The notes beneath the pieces were generated by a model. That model was not told where the DNA came from, searched no databases, and saw only the letters and a program-made list of their open reading frames with translations. This document shows positions 1-10,069 of a stretch of 64,000 bases of DNA, piece after piece (the stretch's first letter is position 1; the number at the start of each line of letters is the position of its first letter). A program made the position numbers and the translations under genes. Source of the stretch: an uncultured delta proteobacterium (GTDB taxonomy: Bacteria > Desulfobacterota > Desulfomonilia > UBA1062); the NCBI GenBank assembly GCA_963752595.1, contig CAVVYZ010000022.1, positions 112,043-176,042 of the forward strand, read 5' to 3'.

Positions 1-720
1 ATGATGAGGTAGACCAGGGCCACCACCGTGTAGGTCTCGAAGTAGGTGAAGCTCTCCGATGCATACTCCCTGCCCCGCCTCAGGAGATCGGCAACCGCAA
101 GGATGGAAACGAGGGATGAGTCCTTGAGCAGGGCCACGAATTCGTTTCCCACGGGCGGCAGGATGGTCTTGAATGCCTGGGGCAGGATGACATGATACAT
201 GGACTGCGCGGGTGTCATGCCCAGGGAACGGGCCGCCTCGGTCTGCCCTTTGGGGATGGACTGGATGCCTGCCCTGAAGATCTCTCCCATGTAGGCGCCG
301 TAGCATATGGCCATGGCGAGCACCGCGCTCGGCAATGGCGGCATCTGGACGACGCGGCCCAGGGCGTAATAGATGTAGAAGAGCTGGACGAGCAGCGGGA
401 TGCCCCGGATCACCTCCACGTAAAGCGAGGCGATGCCGTTGATGAGCGGGTTCTTCGAAATCCTGCCCAAGCCCGTGAAAAGGCCGATCACAAGGGCCAG
501 GATGATGGACAGCACCGTGACCTCGAAGGTGACCAGGATCCCGTCCGGGACGAACTGCATGATGTCGAGATACGGATCCTTCTTGAAAGATCGCGAGGTA
601 TGCAATAATGGCGATGGCGCCGAAGAAGGCCACCCTCCAGGCCGTAAAGAGGCCGATATCTTCCTTTGTGGGGATGGCGGCACCATCGCCTACATCGATA
701 GAAACCTTCTGAGTATCTTC
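1..720 (-). CDS. Polar amino-acid ABC transporter permease (3' end runs off the window; frameshift near 585; start unclear)
   Basis: Manual translation of the minus strand gives ...YHVILPQAFKTILPPVGNEFVALLKDSSLVSILAVADLLRRGRE..., the HisM/GlnP signature. The N-terminal frame shifts at a T-run near 585. Confidence 0.85.
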
Positions 721-741
721 GAGTATCTTCTCTCTTTTGCT

Positions 742-1504
742 TTATCTCAGCCACTTCTTCTCAAGCTGCTTGTCGATGCCTTTTGCCTGGACAGCCTTGA
801 TGCCCTTGTTGAGCAGGTCCAGCAGTTCCTTGTTGCCCTTCTTCACCACGATGCCGTAGCTCTCCTTGGTGAAAGGCTTGCCCACGATCATGAACTTTGC
901 TTTGTATTCTTTCCTCTGGAGCGCGTAGTCTGCAGCTACAGGAGTATCGCACACAACGCCCTCGATCCTGCCGGCTGCCATGTCCTCGAAAGCGAGGCCG
1001 ATCTCATCGTAGTTCTTACCCTCGACTCCTGCAACCTTCTTGATCTCCATGGCGCCGGTGGTCCCGATCTGGGCTCCGACCTTCTTGCCTTTCATGTCGG
1101 CAAGGGAGGATACGCCTTTGAGTGTCTTGGGGGACGGTAAGCACCTGGCCGGCATTGATGTAGGGAAGAGAGAAATCAAAGTTCTTTTTCCGCTCGTCAT
1201 TGATGGTCACGGATGAGATGACTGCATCATACTTACCCAGTTTCAGCCCCTCGAAAATTCCATCCCATGCCGTATTCTTGAACTCGACATTGAAACCTGC
1301 CTCTTTGGCAACGGCGCTTAGGAAGTCGATATCAAACCCGACAATTTTTTTGTTCGTATTCACCATCTCCATGGGGGGCCATGTTGCGTCGGTGGCCACA
1401 ACGATCGTTTTCTTCCCGGCAGCGGATGCCTGCCCGGATACAAAAACACCCAGGAACACAGCGATTGCTAGAACAGCGACAAAAAGAGACCTGGCATTTC
1501 TCAT
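742..1504 (-). CDS. Basic amino-acid ABC transporter substrate-binding protein (frameshift near 1130)
   Basis: ORFs 1016..1615 (signal peptide, ATDATWPPME, GFDIDF) and 742..1200 (GAQIGTTG, ESYGIVVKKGN) join at a C-run. Likely start is MRNARS at 1504. Confidence 0.9.
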
Positions 1505-1739
1505 AGATTCCCTCCCCTTATAAAGTGGAAAAACTTGGCTATTCACTAATGCTTCGAATGTTGAGTAACACAATTTCAACCCCACGTCCAGAGCAGAGAA
1601 GGATTTTAGATTCATTTATCAAAAGCATATGATGAAGGGCTTGAATGCCTTGGGAAAATGGCTGTCGATCAATTTTATTGAACCTGGGATTTATCCTCGT
1701 GCATATTTCATAGTAGAAAATTTCATGAAGGTATTTTTC

Positions 1740-1768
1740 TTGACAAGAAACGGTTGTGGGCTTATCTT
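1740..1768 (+). promoter_or_regulatory. sigma70-type promoter for the TetR gene
   Basis: TTGACA-N17-TATCTT, followed by the imperfect palindrome TGAATAAAATTTCA (possible operator). Confidence 0.55.
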
Positions 1769-1814
1769 TCCGGATTGAATAAAATTTCAGATTATCCTTT
1801 AATGTAGGTACATT

Positions 1815-2475
1815 ATGACGACCAAAGGGTCAGAAAAAAGAAAAGAAGAAACAAAAGAAAAAATAGTTGCTGCTGCGTGCGAGCTTTTCAGCAAGTACGG
1901 CTACCACAACACGCAGGTGATGGATATCGTCAAGGCCGTGGGGATGTCTGCCGGAACATTCTACAATCATTTCCGCGACAAGAAAGACCTCTACCGGCAG
2001 CTTACCCTCGAAAGCCTCGAGAGTCTCAGACTGCACGTGAAAAAAATGCGGGAGCCTGTCGATATCTGGAACCCGAATGAAAGAAGCCAGATCTTGAACG
2101 AGATGTTTAATGCAATCTTCGATTTTATCGATTCAAATCCCCAGCAGTTCCTTATGCTGCTGCGTGGTGGTTTCGGCGTAGACGAAGAGCTTGACTTCAG
2201 CATCTGGAATTACTTTATCGGTTTTGCAGAAGATGCGGGTGAGGACGTTCAGCGATGGATGAGCGAGGGGGTAATCGAAGGAATTGACCCCATGCTCTTC
2301 GGACATGCCTGTGTCGGGATGTGCCTTCAGCTCATCCACAGCTACCTGGTCGAAAAGAGATTCTCCCGGGAGGATGTAATTAAGAACCTGATCCGGATGA
2401 TCCTCGCCATGTTCGAATCACTACCTCACAGAAGAAGGTCGCAAGGCGCTGGAGTCTCAAATTACAGAAGGGTAA
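1815..2475 (+). CDS. TetR/AcrR family transcriptional regulator (probable frameshift near 2420; true stop about 2475)
   Basis: N-terminal HTH (AACELFSKYGYHNTQVMDIVKAVGMSAGTFYNHFRDK). An alternative frame continues YLTEEGRKALESQITEG* and gives a normal TetR length. Confidence 0.9.
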
Positions 2476-2724
2476 AACCTCTCTATTCCCTTTGCTTACT
2501 CTTGCTCCCAAAGCCGGGCGAGTACGTCTTTCATGCCTTTGTCGAGGATATCCAGGTGGGCGGCCACATCCACATACCCTGTCTTCTTCATCCCGGGCCG
2601 CCAATATAGGAATAATTACACAATTGTCTCTTTGAGATTGATATAACTTGGTTTGTTGACAATATCCTTGAAGATGGATACACCTATTGAAATACTAACT
2701 GATTATCGAACGAGGGGAGGAATC

Positions 2725-3540
2725 ATGAATATCATTTATGAAAAGCAAGGCCATATCGCGCGTGTCGGCCTCAACCGCCCGAAGCAGCTCAACGCCCTTG
2801 ATCCCGGCATTCTCCTGGATCTCCACAATGCCTGGATAGATATCAACAATGACGATTCCATAAGGGTTGCCGTGCTCTATTCCTCGCTTCCCGGAATCTT
2901 CTGCTCGGGCATGGATCTGAAGACAGCCATCCCGGTCCTCACGAAAGCCCGGGAGCCGGAGAACGATGCCGAAAAATGGATCATCACCGGATGGGATGGT
3001 TCGGGCGGCGTTGCCGAGGCCATGCTCAAGGTCAGCTTTGTGAACAAGCCTGTCATCGCAGCAATCAATGGCTACTGCCTCACCGGAGGATTCGAGATGG
3101 TCATGGGGGCAGACTTGAGGGTCGCATCCACTGATGCAGTTTTCCAGATGCGGGAAGCAAGCCTCGGAATCATGCCCACGGGCGGGGGTAATGTCTTTCT
3201 CCCTCGGCATGTCTCTCCATGCAGGGCCCTGGAGATCCTGCTGACAGCCGGGAACTTCGATGCCCAGACCATGTACGAGTGGGGGTTCCTCAATCGCGTC
3301 GTACCCAAAGAAAAGCTCATGGACACAGCCATGGAGCTTGCAGAAAAGATCGCAGGCAACGGCCCTCTTTCTACCCAGGGGATCATCCGCCTGTCCAGGG
3401 AAACGAGGATGATGGAGATGAGTGAGTCATTTAAAAAAGAAGTGGCGATCGGCATGCCCATCTTCGGGAGCGAAGATGCACGGGAAGGTGTCAGGGCGCA
3501 AAAAGAGAAGCGCAAACCCGATTTCCCGGGTAAATACTGA
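2725..3540 (+). CDS. Enoyl-CoA hydratase/isomerase (crotonase) family protein
   Basis: LNRPKQLNAL, FCSGMDL, PVIAAINGYCLTGGFE, EDAREG motifs. RBS GAGGGGAGG precedes ATG 2725. Confidence 0.92.
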   Translation: MNIIYEKQGHIARVGLNRPKQLNALDPGILLDLHNAWIDINNDDSIRVAVLYSSLPGIFCSGMDLKTAIPVLTKAREPENDAEKWIITGWDGSGGVAEAMLKVSFVNKPVIAAINGYCLTGGFEMVMGADLRVASTDAVFQMREASLGIMPTGGGNVFLPRHVSPCRALEILLTAGNFDAQTMYEWGFLNRVVPKEKLMDTAMELAEKIAGNGPLSTQGIIRLSRETRMMEMSESFKKEVAIGMPIFGSEDAREGVRAQKEKRKPDFPGKY

Positions 3541-3595
3541 TCTTTGGCTTCTGCCTGTTTTGTCACGCGCAGTTTCAAGAAATCAGCGGGCATCC

Positions 3596-4507
3596 ATGGA
3601 TCGGTTTGCAAAGGCATCAGCCATGCTGGGATATTTCCTGAGGACGAGCGTTCTCGGGCAGCAGATCCCGCTCCTTGCAAGCATAAAGCTGACATACCGG
3701 TGCAACCTGGCCTGTTCCGGATGCCCCTTTCACCAGCGCGCAAGGATGCCCGGCTCTCATATGAGCAAGGATAACGCCTTTCAGAGCCTGAATAGTCTGA
3801 AGCAGATGGGGTGCAACTTCATCGTGTTTGAAGGCGGTGAGCCGTTGCTCTGGAAAGACGGGAGCTATACGTTCAGCGACCTTGTACATCATGCACGAAA
3901 GAATTTCTTGTGTGTCGGAGCGACAACCAACGGAACCATGCCCCTTGATGCTCCAACCGATGTACTCTGGGTGAGCATCGACGGGTTGAAGCCCACCCAT
4001 GATGCCTTGAGGAGCAACTCATATGATGCAATCATGGCCAATATCCGCTCGTCCGGTCATCAGAAACTCTTTGTGCACTATACGCTCAACACAAGGAACT
4101 GGCGTGATTTTGCCGCAGCCGCAGACATGCTTTCCTCCCTTGAGCAGATCAAAGGCATCACCGTGCAATTCTTCTATCCTTATGAACAGGGAGAGGAGAA
4201 CCTGAAGCTTTCACCCGAAGACCGCACGCAGGCGATACGGACAATCTTGAGCCTCAAAAGGCTCGGCTATCCCATCATGAACTCCGCGTGGAGCCTGAAG
4301 GCGATGATCCATAATACCTGGCAATGTCGCGACCGTCTCCTCGCCAATGTGGAACCGGACGGGAACGTTTCCGTCGGATGCTATGTAAAAAACCGCGGAA
4401 ACATAAAATGCCATGAGTGCGGGTTTACCCCTGTGGCCGAGGCATCCGGGGCCATGGATCTTACCATCGGATCGCTCAAAGCGGGCTGGGATATTTTCCT
4501 CTCATGA
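3596..4507 (+). CDS. Radical SAM protein with Cys-containing C-terminal extension
   Basis: CNLACSGC (CxxxCxxC), GGEPLL, VSIDG, and C-terminal C...C...CHEC. Confidence 0.88.
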   Translation: MDRFAKASAMLGYFLRTSVLGQQIPLLASIKLTYRCNLACSGCPFHQRARMPGSHMSKDNAFQSLNSLKQMGCNFIVFEGGEPLLWKDGSYTFSDLVHHARKNFLCVGATTNGTMPLDAPTDVLWVSIDGLKPTHDALRSNSYDAIMANIRSSGHQKLFVHYTLNTRNWRDFAAAADMLSSLEQIKGITVQFFYPYEQGEENLKLSPEDRTQAIRTILSLKRLGYPIMNSAWSLKAMIHNTWQCRDRLLANVEPDGNVSVGCYVKNRGNIKCHECGFTPVAEASGAMDLTIGSLKAGWDIFLS

Positions 4508-5364
4508 ATAGCGTGAATAATCCTCCAACCGGCCTTATGAGCGGACTCCCGGAAAAGATCATCGACTTCCATGTTCACCTGTTTCCTGACGATCTGTTTG
4601 AGGCCATATGGGATTTTTTTAAAAGGCACTATGGTCTGGAGGTGGTCCATAAACTCTATGCTCAGCAATGCATAGAGTATCTAAGGGATAAGGGCGTTGA
4701 TGCCATCGTATACTCCAATTATGCCCATAAAAAGGGAGTGGCGGAAAGGCTGAACGACTGGAATGTAAACCTCCTCGATCGAACGGAATCTCTCTACTGT
4801 TTTGCAGCTTTTCACCCTGATGATGACAAGGCCCTGGAAATGGCGGATCGTATCATTACTCACCCCAGGGTGCTGGGTTTCAAGCTTCATTTCCTTGTGC
4901 AGTGCTTCTATCCCGACGACGAGCGCCTCTTCCCTCTGTATGAGATGGTAATGAAGCATAACAAGAGGCTTCTTCTGCATATCGGCACAGGCCCCATAGG
5001 AAACGATTACACGGGTATCATACGTTTCAGGAACGTACTTGCCCGCTATCCTGATCTTCCCGCAAATATCGCGCACATGGGGGCATTCGAATTCGGTGAA
5101 TTCTTCGATCTTCTGGGTGGTCATCCCAAACTATTCCTCGACACATCATACTGTTTCCTTCCCGGAAAATTCAGGATGTTCAAGCTGGAAAACGACCTCC
5201 TGGAAAGGTATCAGAACAGGATTCTTTATGGATCGGACTTCCCGAACCTTTTCCATCACCGCCGGGAAGAGATCATGGCTCTGAAGGCATTGGGTCTCTC
5301 TCGGAGATTCTATGACCGTATCTTCCTGGAAAATGCAAAAACACTCCTTATGCCTGTTACTTAG
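4504..5364 (+). CDS. Amidohydrolase family protein (amidohydro_2 type)
   Basis: IIDFHVH, GFKLH, LHIG, IAHMG, LYGSDFP metal-ligand motifs. ATGA overlap with the radical SAM gene. Confidence 0.88.
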   Translation: MNSVNNPPTGLMSGLPEKIIDFHVHLFPDDLFEAIWDFFKRHYGLEVVHKLYAQQCIEYLRDKGVDAIVYSNYAHKKGVAERLNDWNVNLLDRTESLYCFAAFHPDDDKALEMADRIITHPRVLGFKLHFLVQCFYPDDERLFPLYEMVMKHNKRLLLHIGTGPIGNDYTGIIRFRNVLARYPDLPANIAHMGAFEFGEFFDLLGGHPKLFLDTSYCFLPGKFRMFKLENDLLERYQNRILYGSDFPNLFHHRREEIMALKALGLSRRFYDRIFLENAKTLLMPVT

Positions 5365-5485
5365 TGATATGGCCGGTTATCGCTGAATATCTGCCTTTTA
5401 TATTCCCTAATGACCAGCAAATGCATCGGATCTTATTTTATTATCTATTTTTGACATTTATTGTGCATCCTTTTTAGATCCGGAT

Positions 5486-5587
5486 CATCAAAAATATATA
5501 AAAAGAGAAACAGACCTAAAGAAGCAAACATTTAACCTCCTCTTATAGGATGGCGCGTCCTATGCCCTAACCGCCATCCTTTTTTTT
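5486..5587 (+). ncRNA. Candidate small RNA (about 100 nt) ending in an anti-SD motif and an intrinsic terminator
   Basis: TTGACA at 5451 with a weak -10 near 5474. No ORF. AACCTCCTCTT then hairpin GGATGGCG/CGCCATCC plus a T-tract. The 3' module matches the one at 24291-24345 on the minus strand. Confidence 0.4.
5548..5587 (+). terminator. Rho-independent terminator
   Basis: 8-bp GC-rich stem GGATGGCG/CGCCATCC followed by T8. Confidence 0.75.
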
Positions 5588-5620
5588 GCCCTTTCCCTTG
5601 AAAATATCGATATAATTTAA

Positions 5621-7036
5621 GAGCCGATTGCAAAACTCACAACGAGGGATAATATTGCGAATCAGCATATAAGTAATGAAATAGTGATGAGAAAGCTCTA
5701 TTCTTTTTGTGCTGAGCAAAAAGAAAGGAGAAGCGATGAGCAATCTCTTCGAGATATGGAATACCAGACAGGCGAGATTTTTCCATGGTTGGAAGAGAGA
5801 CTCGATCCGTTGAGTGATAAGGAGCAGCAATTTGTGAGAGTTGTCTGTCTGATGGACCTGCCGAAGCACATGCAGGGGTATCGCTGGATCGGGATAGGGA
5901 GGAAGCGAGAGGACAGGGTCTCAATCGCCAAGGCGTTTGTGGCGAAGGCGGTATACAATTTTGAGACGACGAAGGTGCTCATAGAGTATCTGAAGGGGTG
6001 CAAGAATCCGAGGCGGTTATGCGGATGGGAGACGAGAGGAGATATTCCCTCTGAGTCGACCTTTTGCCGGGCGTTTGGGGAGTACTCCCATGGATGCCTG
6101 CCACAGAAGATCCACGAGGCCATGGTGGAGGAGCATTGTGGGGACAAGCTTGTGGGTCATGTGAGCCGGGATGCGACGGCCATAGAGGCGCGAGAGACGA
6201 GAGAAGACGATAAAGAAAGAAGCGGGTGAAACTGCGTCGGTGCCGAAGAGGAAACGGGGTCGCCCCAGGCAGGGAGAAGAAGTTGCTCCCAAGCCTCCGA
6301 AGAGGCTGGATCTTCAGGTTGGCCGGAGCCTGGAGGAGAATCTAAAGGATCTGCCGTATCACTGTGCTGTAGGGACCAAGGTAGACAGCAAGGGATACAA
6401 GATGACCCGGAGGGGATACAAGCTGCATATCGACTGTATTGATGGGGATATTCCGGTGAGTGCATTATTAACCTCTGCGTCATTGCATGATTCCCAGGCA
6501 GCGATACCGCTTATGCAGATGACGTCGAAGCGGGTGGTGAGTCTGTATGATCTTATGGATTCCGCCTATGATGCGCCGCAGATCAAGGAATTCAGTGAGG
6601 CGCTCTCGCATGTTCCGATCATTGATCCCAACCAGAGGCGAGGAGAGAAGATCCCGCTTGATCCAGCCAGGAAAGCTCGTTTTGCGCAAAGGAGCAGTAG
6701 TGAGAGAGTAAACTCGTATCTGAAAGACAACCACGGAGGAAATCATATCCGGGTAAGGGGGGCATCCAAGATCATGGCACATCTCATGTTCGGGCTCATT
6801 GTCATAACCGCGAATCAGCTTTTTCAGATGCTTTGTTGAAAGGTGTACATGCAAACTAGGACATATTCTCGGTACTTCCTGTGCAGTATGGCGGACAGCT
6901 ACGCCCGAAAATCCGCATTTGGGCAATTTTTAGAATGGTAACATCAGGTAAACAGCTCTCATGACCTTGAACATAGAAAGTAACAGCGGCTTTGGGCTTC
7001 AAAATCTAAACCGGCTGAGAGTTTTGCAATCGGCTC
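5621..7036 (+). mobile_element. Insertion sequence, 1416 bp, DDE transposase (IS5/IS1182-like)
   Basis: Perfect 18-bp terminal inverted repeats GAGCCGATTGCAAAACTC (5621-5638 / 7019-7036), flanked by direct repeat TTTAA (5616-5620 / 7037-7041). Encodes a transposase. Confidence 0.92.
5736..6839 (+). pseudogene. Transposase split by frameshifts (about 5770 and 6195)
   Basis: RBS AAAGGAG precedes ATG 5736. RRLCGW..IPSESTF, SRDATAIEA, GYKLH, LHDSQ, MDSAYD and SERVNSYLK motifs are spread over three frames. Confidence 0.8.
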
Positions 7037-7114
7037 TTTAAGTATGGAATTTCCTATTCTGCATCAATGATTTGAGATCGTCTCCCGGCATATTACAATA
7101 TACTTCTAACCGCT

Positions 7115-7152
7115 TTGCAATATGTGTGTTCGGTTGCAATATGTGTGTTCGG
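7115..7152. repeat. Exact 19-bp tandem duplication
   Basis: TTGCAATATGTGTGTTCGG x2 between the IS end and the kinase start. Confidence 0.9.
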
Positions 7153-7183
7153 GCAGAATATTAGTGCAGGAGTGTTTTGATTT

Positions 7184-10069
7184 ATGAGCAATGGAACGAT
7201 TACCCATGCTTCGGAGGAGGCCCTGCAGAAAGAAATGAATAACCTTCGCAGGCTGCTCACGGAAACCGATTTAAAAAAAACTGCTATTTTTCATAATGAT
7301 ACCTATACTTCTCTCCTGGAAGACCTTCCTGATCTCCTGTGCCTCTTCCGGCCCGACGGCCGGATTACCTATGCGAATGCAGCGTTCTGCAAATATTTCA
7401 GGAAGAAAAAGCGAGAAACCTTAGGCAGCATGGTTTATAGCTACATTCCCAGAAAGGACAGAAAACGTTTTGCCCACCAGCTTGAAAATATCGGCCCAAG
7501 CAAGCCGGTAAGGAGATTCGAATATCGGATAATGCCTCTTGACGGACAGATGCAGTGGTATCAGTGGACGCTCAAGGCCTTGTTCGACGAATCCGATGCA
7601 CCTGTTGATTATATCCTTACGGGCAGGGACATCACCAGCCTGAAATCCATGGAAGAGGATCTTATAGATGCCCTGGAGAAATACGCCACACTCTTCGAAT
7701 CTACGAAAGATGCCATCATTCTCACTGACAAGGACAGATTTATAGATTGTAACACGGCAGCTCTCAAGATATTTCGCTGCAGAGACAAGGATGCGTTCCT
7801 CCACAGCAATTTTAAAGACTTTTCTTTCCCTGACCTCTCGGGAAAGCATGAGACGGGCAACGAGCTGCAGAAGCATTTTGAGCGTGCATCCAGACTGGGT
7901 ATGGACCGTTTTCAGTGGATGTGCAGGCGCTCGGATGCAACCGTATTCCCGGCCGACATAATATTAAGCCCCTTCCCTCTGGGTGCAAAAAAGATCGTCG
8001 CTGCCGTTATCAGAGACATTTCCGAGTTGAAAGAAACCGAAGAAGCCTTGAGAAAAAGCAGGGAACAATACCGGGAACTGGTGGAAAATATTAATGATGC
8101 GATTTTCTCTCTGGATGAAAACGGCACTATTACCTATACAAGCCCGGTGATTAAAAAAATAACGGGCTATAAACCTCAGGAAATGACCGGCAGGCATTTT
8201 ACCGATTTCGTTTACGCTGAAGACAGTAAAAGAATAAGCAGCCGGTATTCAGAGCTCAGGTCAGGAAAAATCCTGTCTTTCGAATATAGGATTCTGAAAA
8301 AATCCGGCGCCCTCTGCTGGGTGAGTGCCTTTAACAAGCCCATCATAGAGGGAGACAGGCTGAGGATTTATGGTGTCGTAACGGATATTACGAACCGGAA
8401 AAAGGCAGAAGAAGAGCTGAGAAAGGCGTATGACGAGCTCGAAGCAAAGGTAAAAGAGCGTACCGAAGAGCTCATCGAGATCAACAAACGCCTCACTCAG
8501 GAAATCCAGGAACGGAAACTGATCGAAGAAACCCTCCGGACAAACGAAGAACGGTATCGAATGAAAGCAGAAGAGCTTGATGTCGTACTGAACGGTATAA
8601 CCGACATCATCATGATGCAGGACACTTCCCTGAATATTATCTGGGCCAATGAAGCAGCCTCCCGAACCCTCTACCTTTCACCGGAAGAGCTCATCGGGAA
8701 AAAGTGCTACGAGCTTTGGCAGGGCAGCTCTGCGCCGTGCGATAAATGCCCGGTGACCAGGGCGGTAAAAACAGGCTTGCCCCATGAGGAAACGGTAAAA
8801 ACAAAAAACGGTGCTCTCTGGCAGGTCATGGGCTACCCGGTCATGGACGACCACGGTGCCGTCAGGGGAGCAATCGAGATATCAAGGAATATAACGGGAA
8901 GAAAATACCTGGAGGAAGAACTCCAGAAGCGGTACAAGCTCGATTCCCTGGGTACACTTGCAGGTGGAATCGCACATGATTTCAATAATATTCTTACCGT
9001 AATCCTGGGCAATGTATCGTTTGCAAAAATGCTGATCGATGCCCAAGAAAAGGTTTACGGCAGGCTGGATGACATCGAGAAGGTATCTATGAAGGCACAA
9101 GACCTCACCGGTCAGCTTCTGACTTTTTCCAAAGGGGGAAGCCCTTTGAAAAAGAAGATGCACCTGGACCAGCTTCTGCGGGATACTGCCCATTTCGTAC
9201 TCCGGCATTCCGAGGTCACTGCCCGTTTTCACACCGAAGCAGATCTCTGGCCTGTGGAAGCAGACGAGTCGCAGATCGCTCAAGTCATTCAGAATATTAT
9301 CCTCAATGCCAGACAAGCCATGACCGATGGCGGGACGATTACCATAGAAGCCGGCAACAGTTCACGATCGGACGACAACCCCCTCTTCTGTCCCGAGGGT
9401 AACCATGTAAAGATAACCATCAAGGACACAGGCTGCGGTATCGATGAAGCGGTTCTCAACAATATCTTCGATCCCTTCTTCACTACGAAAAAGAAAAGTC
9501 ACGGCCTCGGGCTCGCCACCTCTTATTCCATTGTGAGGAAACACGGCGGCCATATCACTGCGTCGTCTACGCCCGGCAAAGGCACGACGATAACCATATA
9601 TCTCCCTGCTCTAATCGAAACAAAAGAAGAGCCTCGCACGGAGATTCAGGAAACCTTCCCGGGCAAAGGCCGCATCCTGTTCATGGATGATGAGGCTTTC
9701 ATCCGCGATCTGGCCAAGAGCATTCTTTCCCATCTGGGCTATGAAATTGTCTTTGCAAGAGATGGCAACGAAGCAATCCAGGTATTTGAAAAGGCAATGA
9801 AGGACGGTGAAGGCTTTGATGCCGTGATTCTGGACCTCACCGTTGTCGAAGGGATGGGCGGGAAGGAATGCATCAAAGAGTTGAAAAGGATGGATCCCGG
9901 GGTAAAGGCCATCGTATCGAGCGGCTACTCGAACGATCCTATCATGTCTGAACCGGGGAAATACGGGTTTACGGCTTTTATAGCAAAGCCGTATAGTATT
10001 CAGGCGCTCAGCTCGGTATTAAGAAACACTATCCAAAGAGAGGCCGTCTCCTGTGAGATTACCGGATAG
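7184..10069 (+). CDS. Multi-PAS hybrid sensor histidine kinase / response regulator
   Basis: Four PAS/PAC repeats (ending DIT/DIS/NIT), H-box AGGIAHDFNNIL, DTGCG/FDPFFTTK/GLGL ATPase motifs, C-terminal receiver (MDDE, ILDL, IAKP). Confidence 0.95.
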   Translation: MSNGTITHASEEALQKEMNNLRRLLTETDLKKTAIFHNDTYTSLLEDLPDLLCLFRPDGRITYANAAFCKYFRKKKRETLGSMVYSYIPRKDRKRFAHQLENIGPSKPVRRFEYRIMPLDGQMQWYQWTLKALFDESDAPVDYILTGRDITSLKSMEEDLIDALEKYATLFESTKDAIILTDKDRFIDCNTAALKIFRCRDKDAFLHSNFKDFSFPDLSGKHETGNELQKHFERASRLGMDRFQWMCRRSDATVFPADIILSPFPLGAKKIVAAVIRDISELKETEEALRKSREQYRELVENINDAIFSLDENGTITYTSPVIKKITGYKPQEMTGRHFTDFVYAEDSKRISSRYSELRSGKILSFEYRILKKSGALCWVSAFNKPIIEGDRLRIYGVVTDITNRKKAEEELRKAYDELEAKVKERTEELIEINKRLTQEIQERKLIEETLRTNEERYRMKAEELDVVLNGITDIIMMQDTSLNIIWANEAASRTLYLSPEELIGKKCYELWQGSSAPCDKCPVTRAVKTGLPHEETVKTKNGALWQVMGYPVMDDHGAVRGAIEISRNITGRKYLEEELQKRYKLDSLGTLAGGIAHDFNNILTVILGNVSFAKMLIDAQEKVYGRLDDIEKVSMKAQDLTGQLLTFSKGGSPLKKKMHLDQLLRDTAHFVLRHSEVTARFHTEADLWPVEADESQIAQVIQNIILNARQAMTDGGTITIEAGNSSRSDDNPLFCPEGNHVKITIKDTGCGIDEAVLNNIFDPFFTTKKKSHGLGLATSYSIVRKHGGHITASSTPGKGTTITIYLPALIETKEEPRTEIQETFPGKGRILFMDDEAFIRDLAKSILSHLGYEIVFARDGNEAIQVFEKAMKDGEGFDAVILDLTVVEGMGGKECIKELKRMDPGVKAIVSSGYSNDPIMSEPGKYGFTAFIAKPYSIQALSSVLRNTIQREAVSCEITG

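Noticed and set aside
711-730. 10-bp tandem duplication GAGTATCTTC where the permease start should be
   Set aside because: It coincides with a missing start codon in an error-rich stretch, so an assembly artefact is more likely than biology.
192-1140. Long plus-strand ORFs opposite the ABC transporter genes, and similar antisense ORFs throughout
   Set aside because: Shadow frames of well-supported genes on the other strand.
2496-2591. 31-aa minus-strand ORF MKKTGYVDVAAHLDILDKGMKDVLARLWEQE
   Set aside because: No RBS and no recognisable motif; may be a gene remnant but cannot be supported.
5371-5386. TGGCCGGTTATCGC as a sigma54 promoter for the 5.5 kb sRNA candidate
   Set aside because: GG-to-GC spacing is 9, not the required 10.
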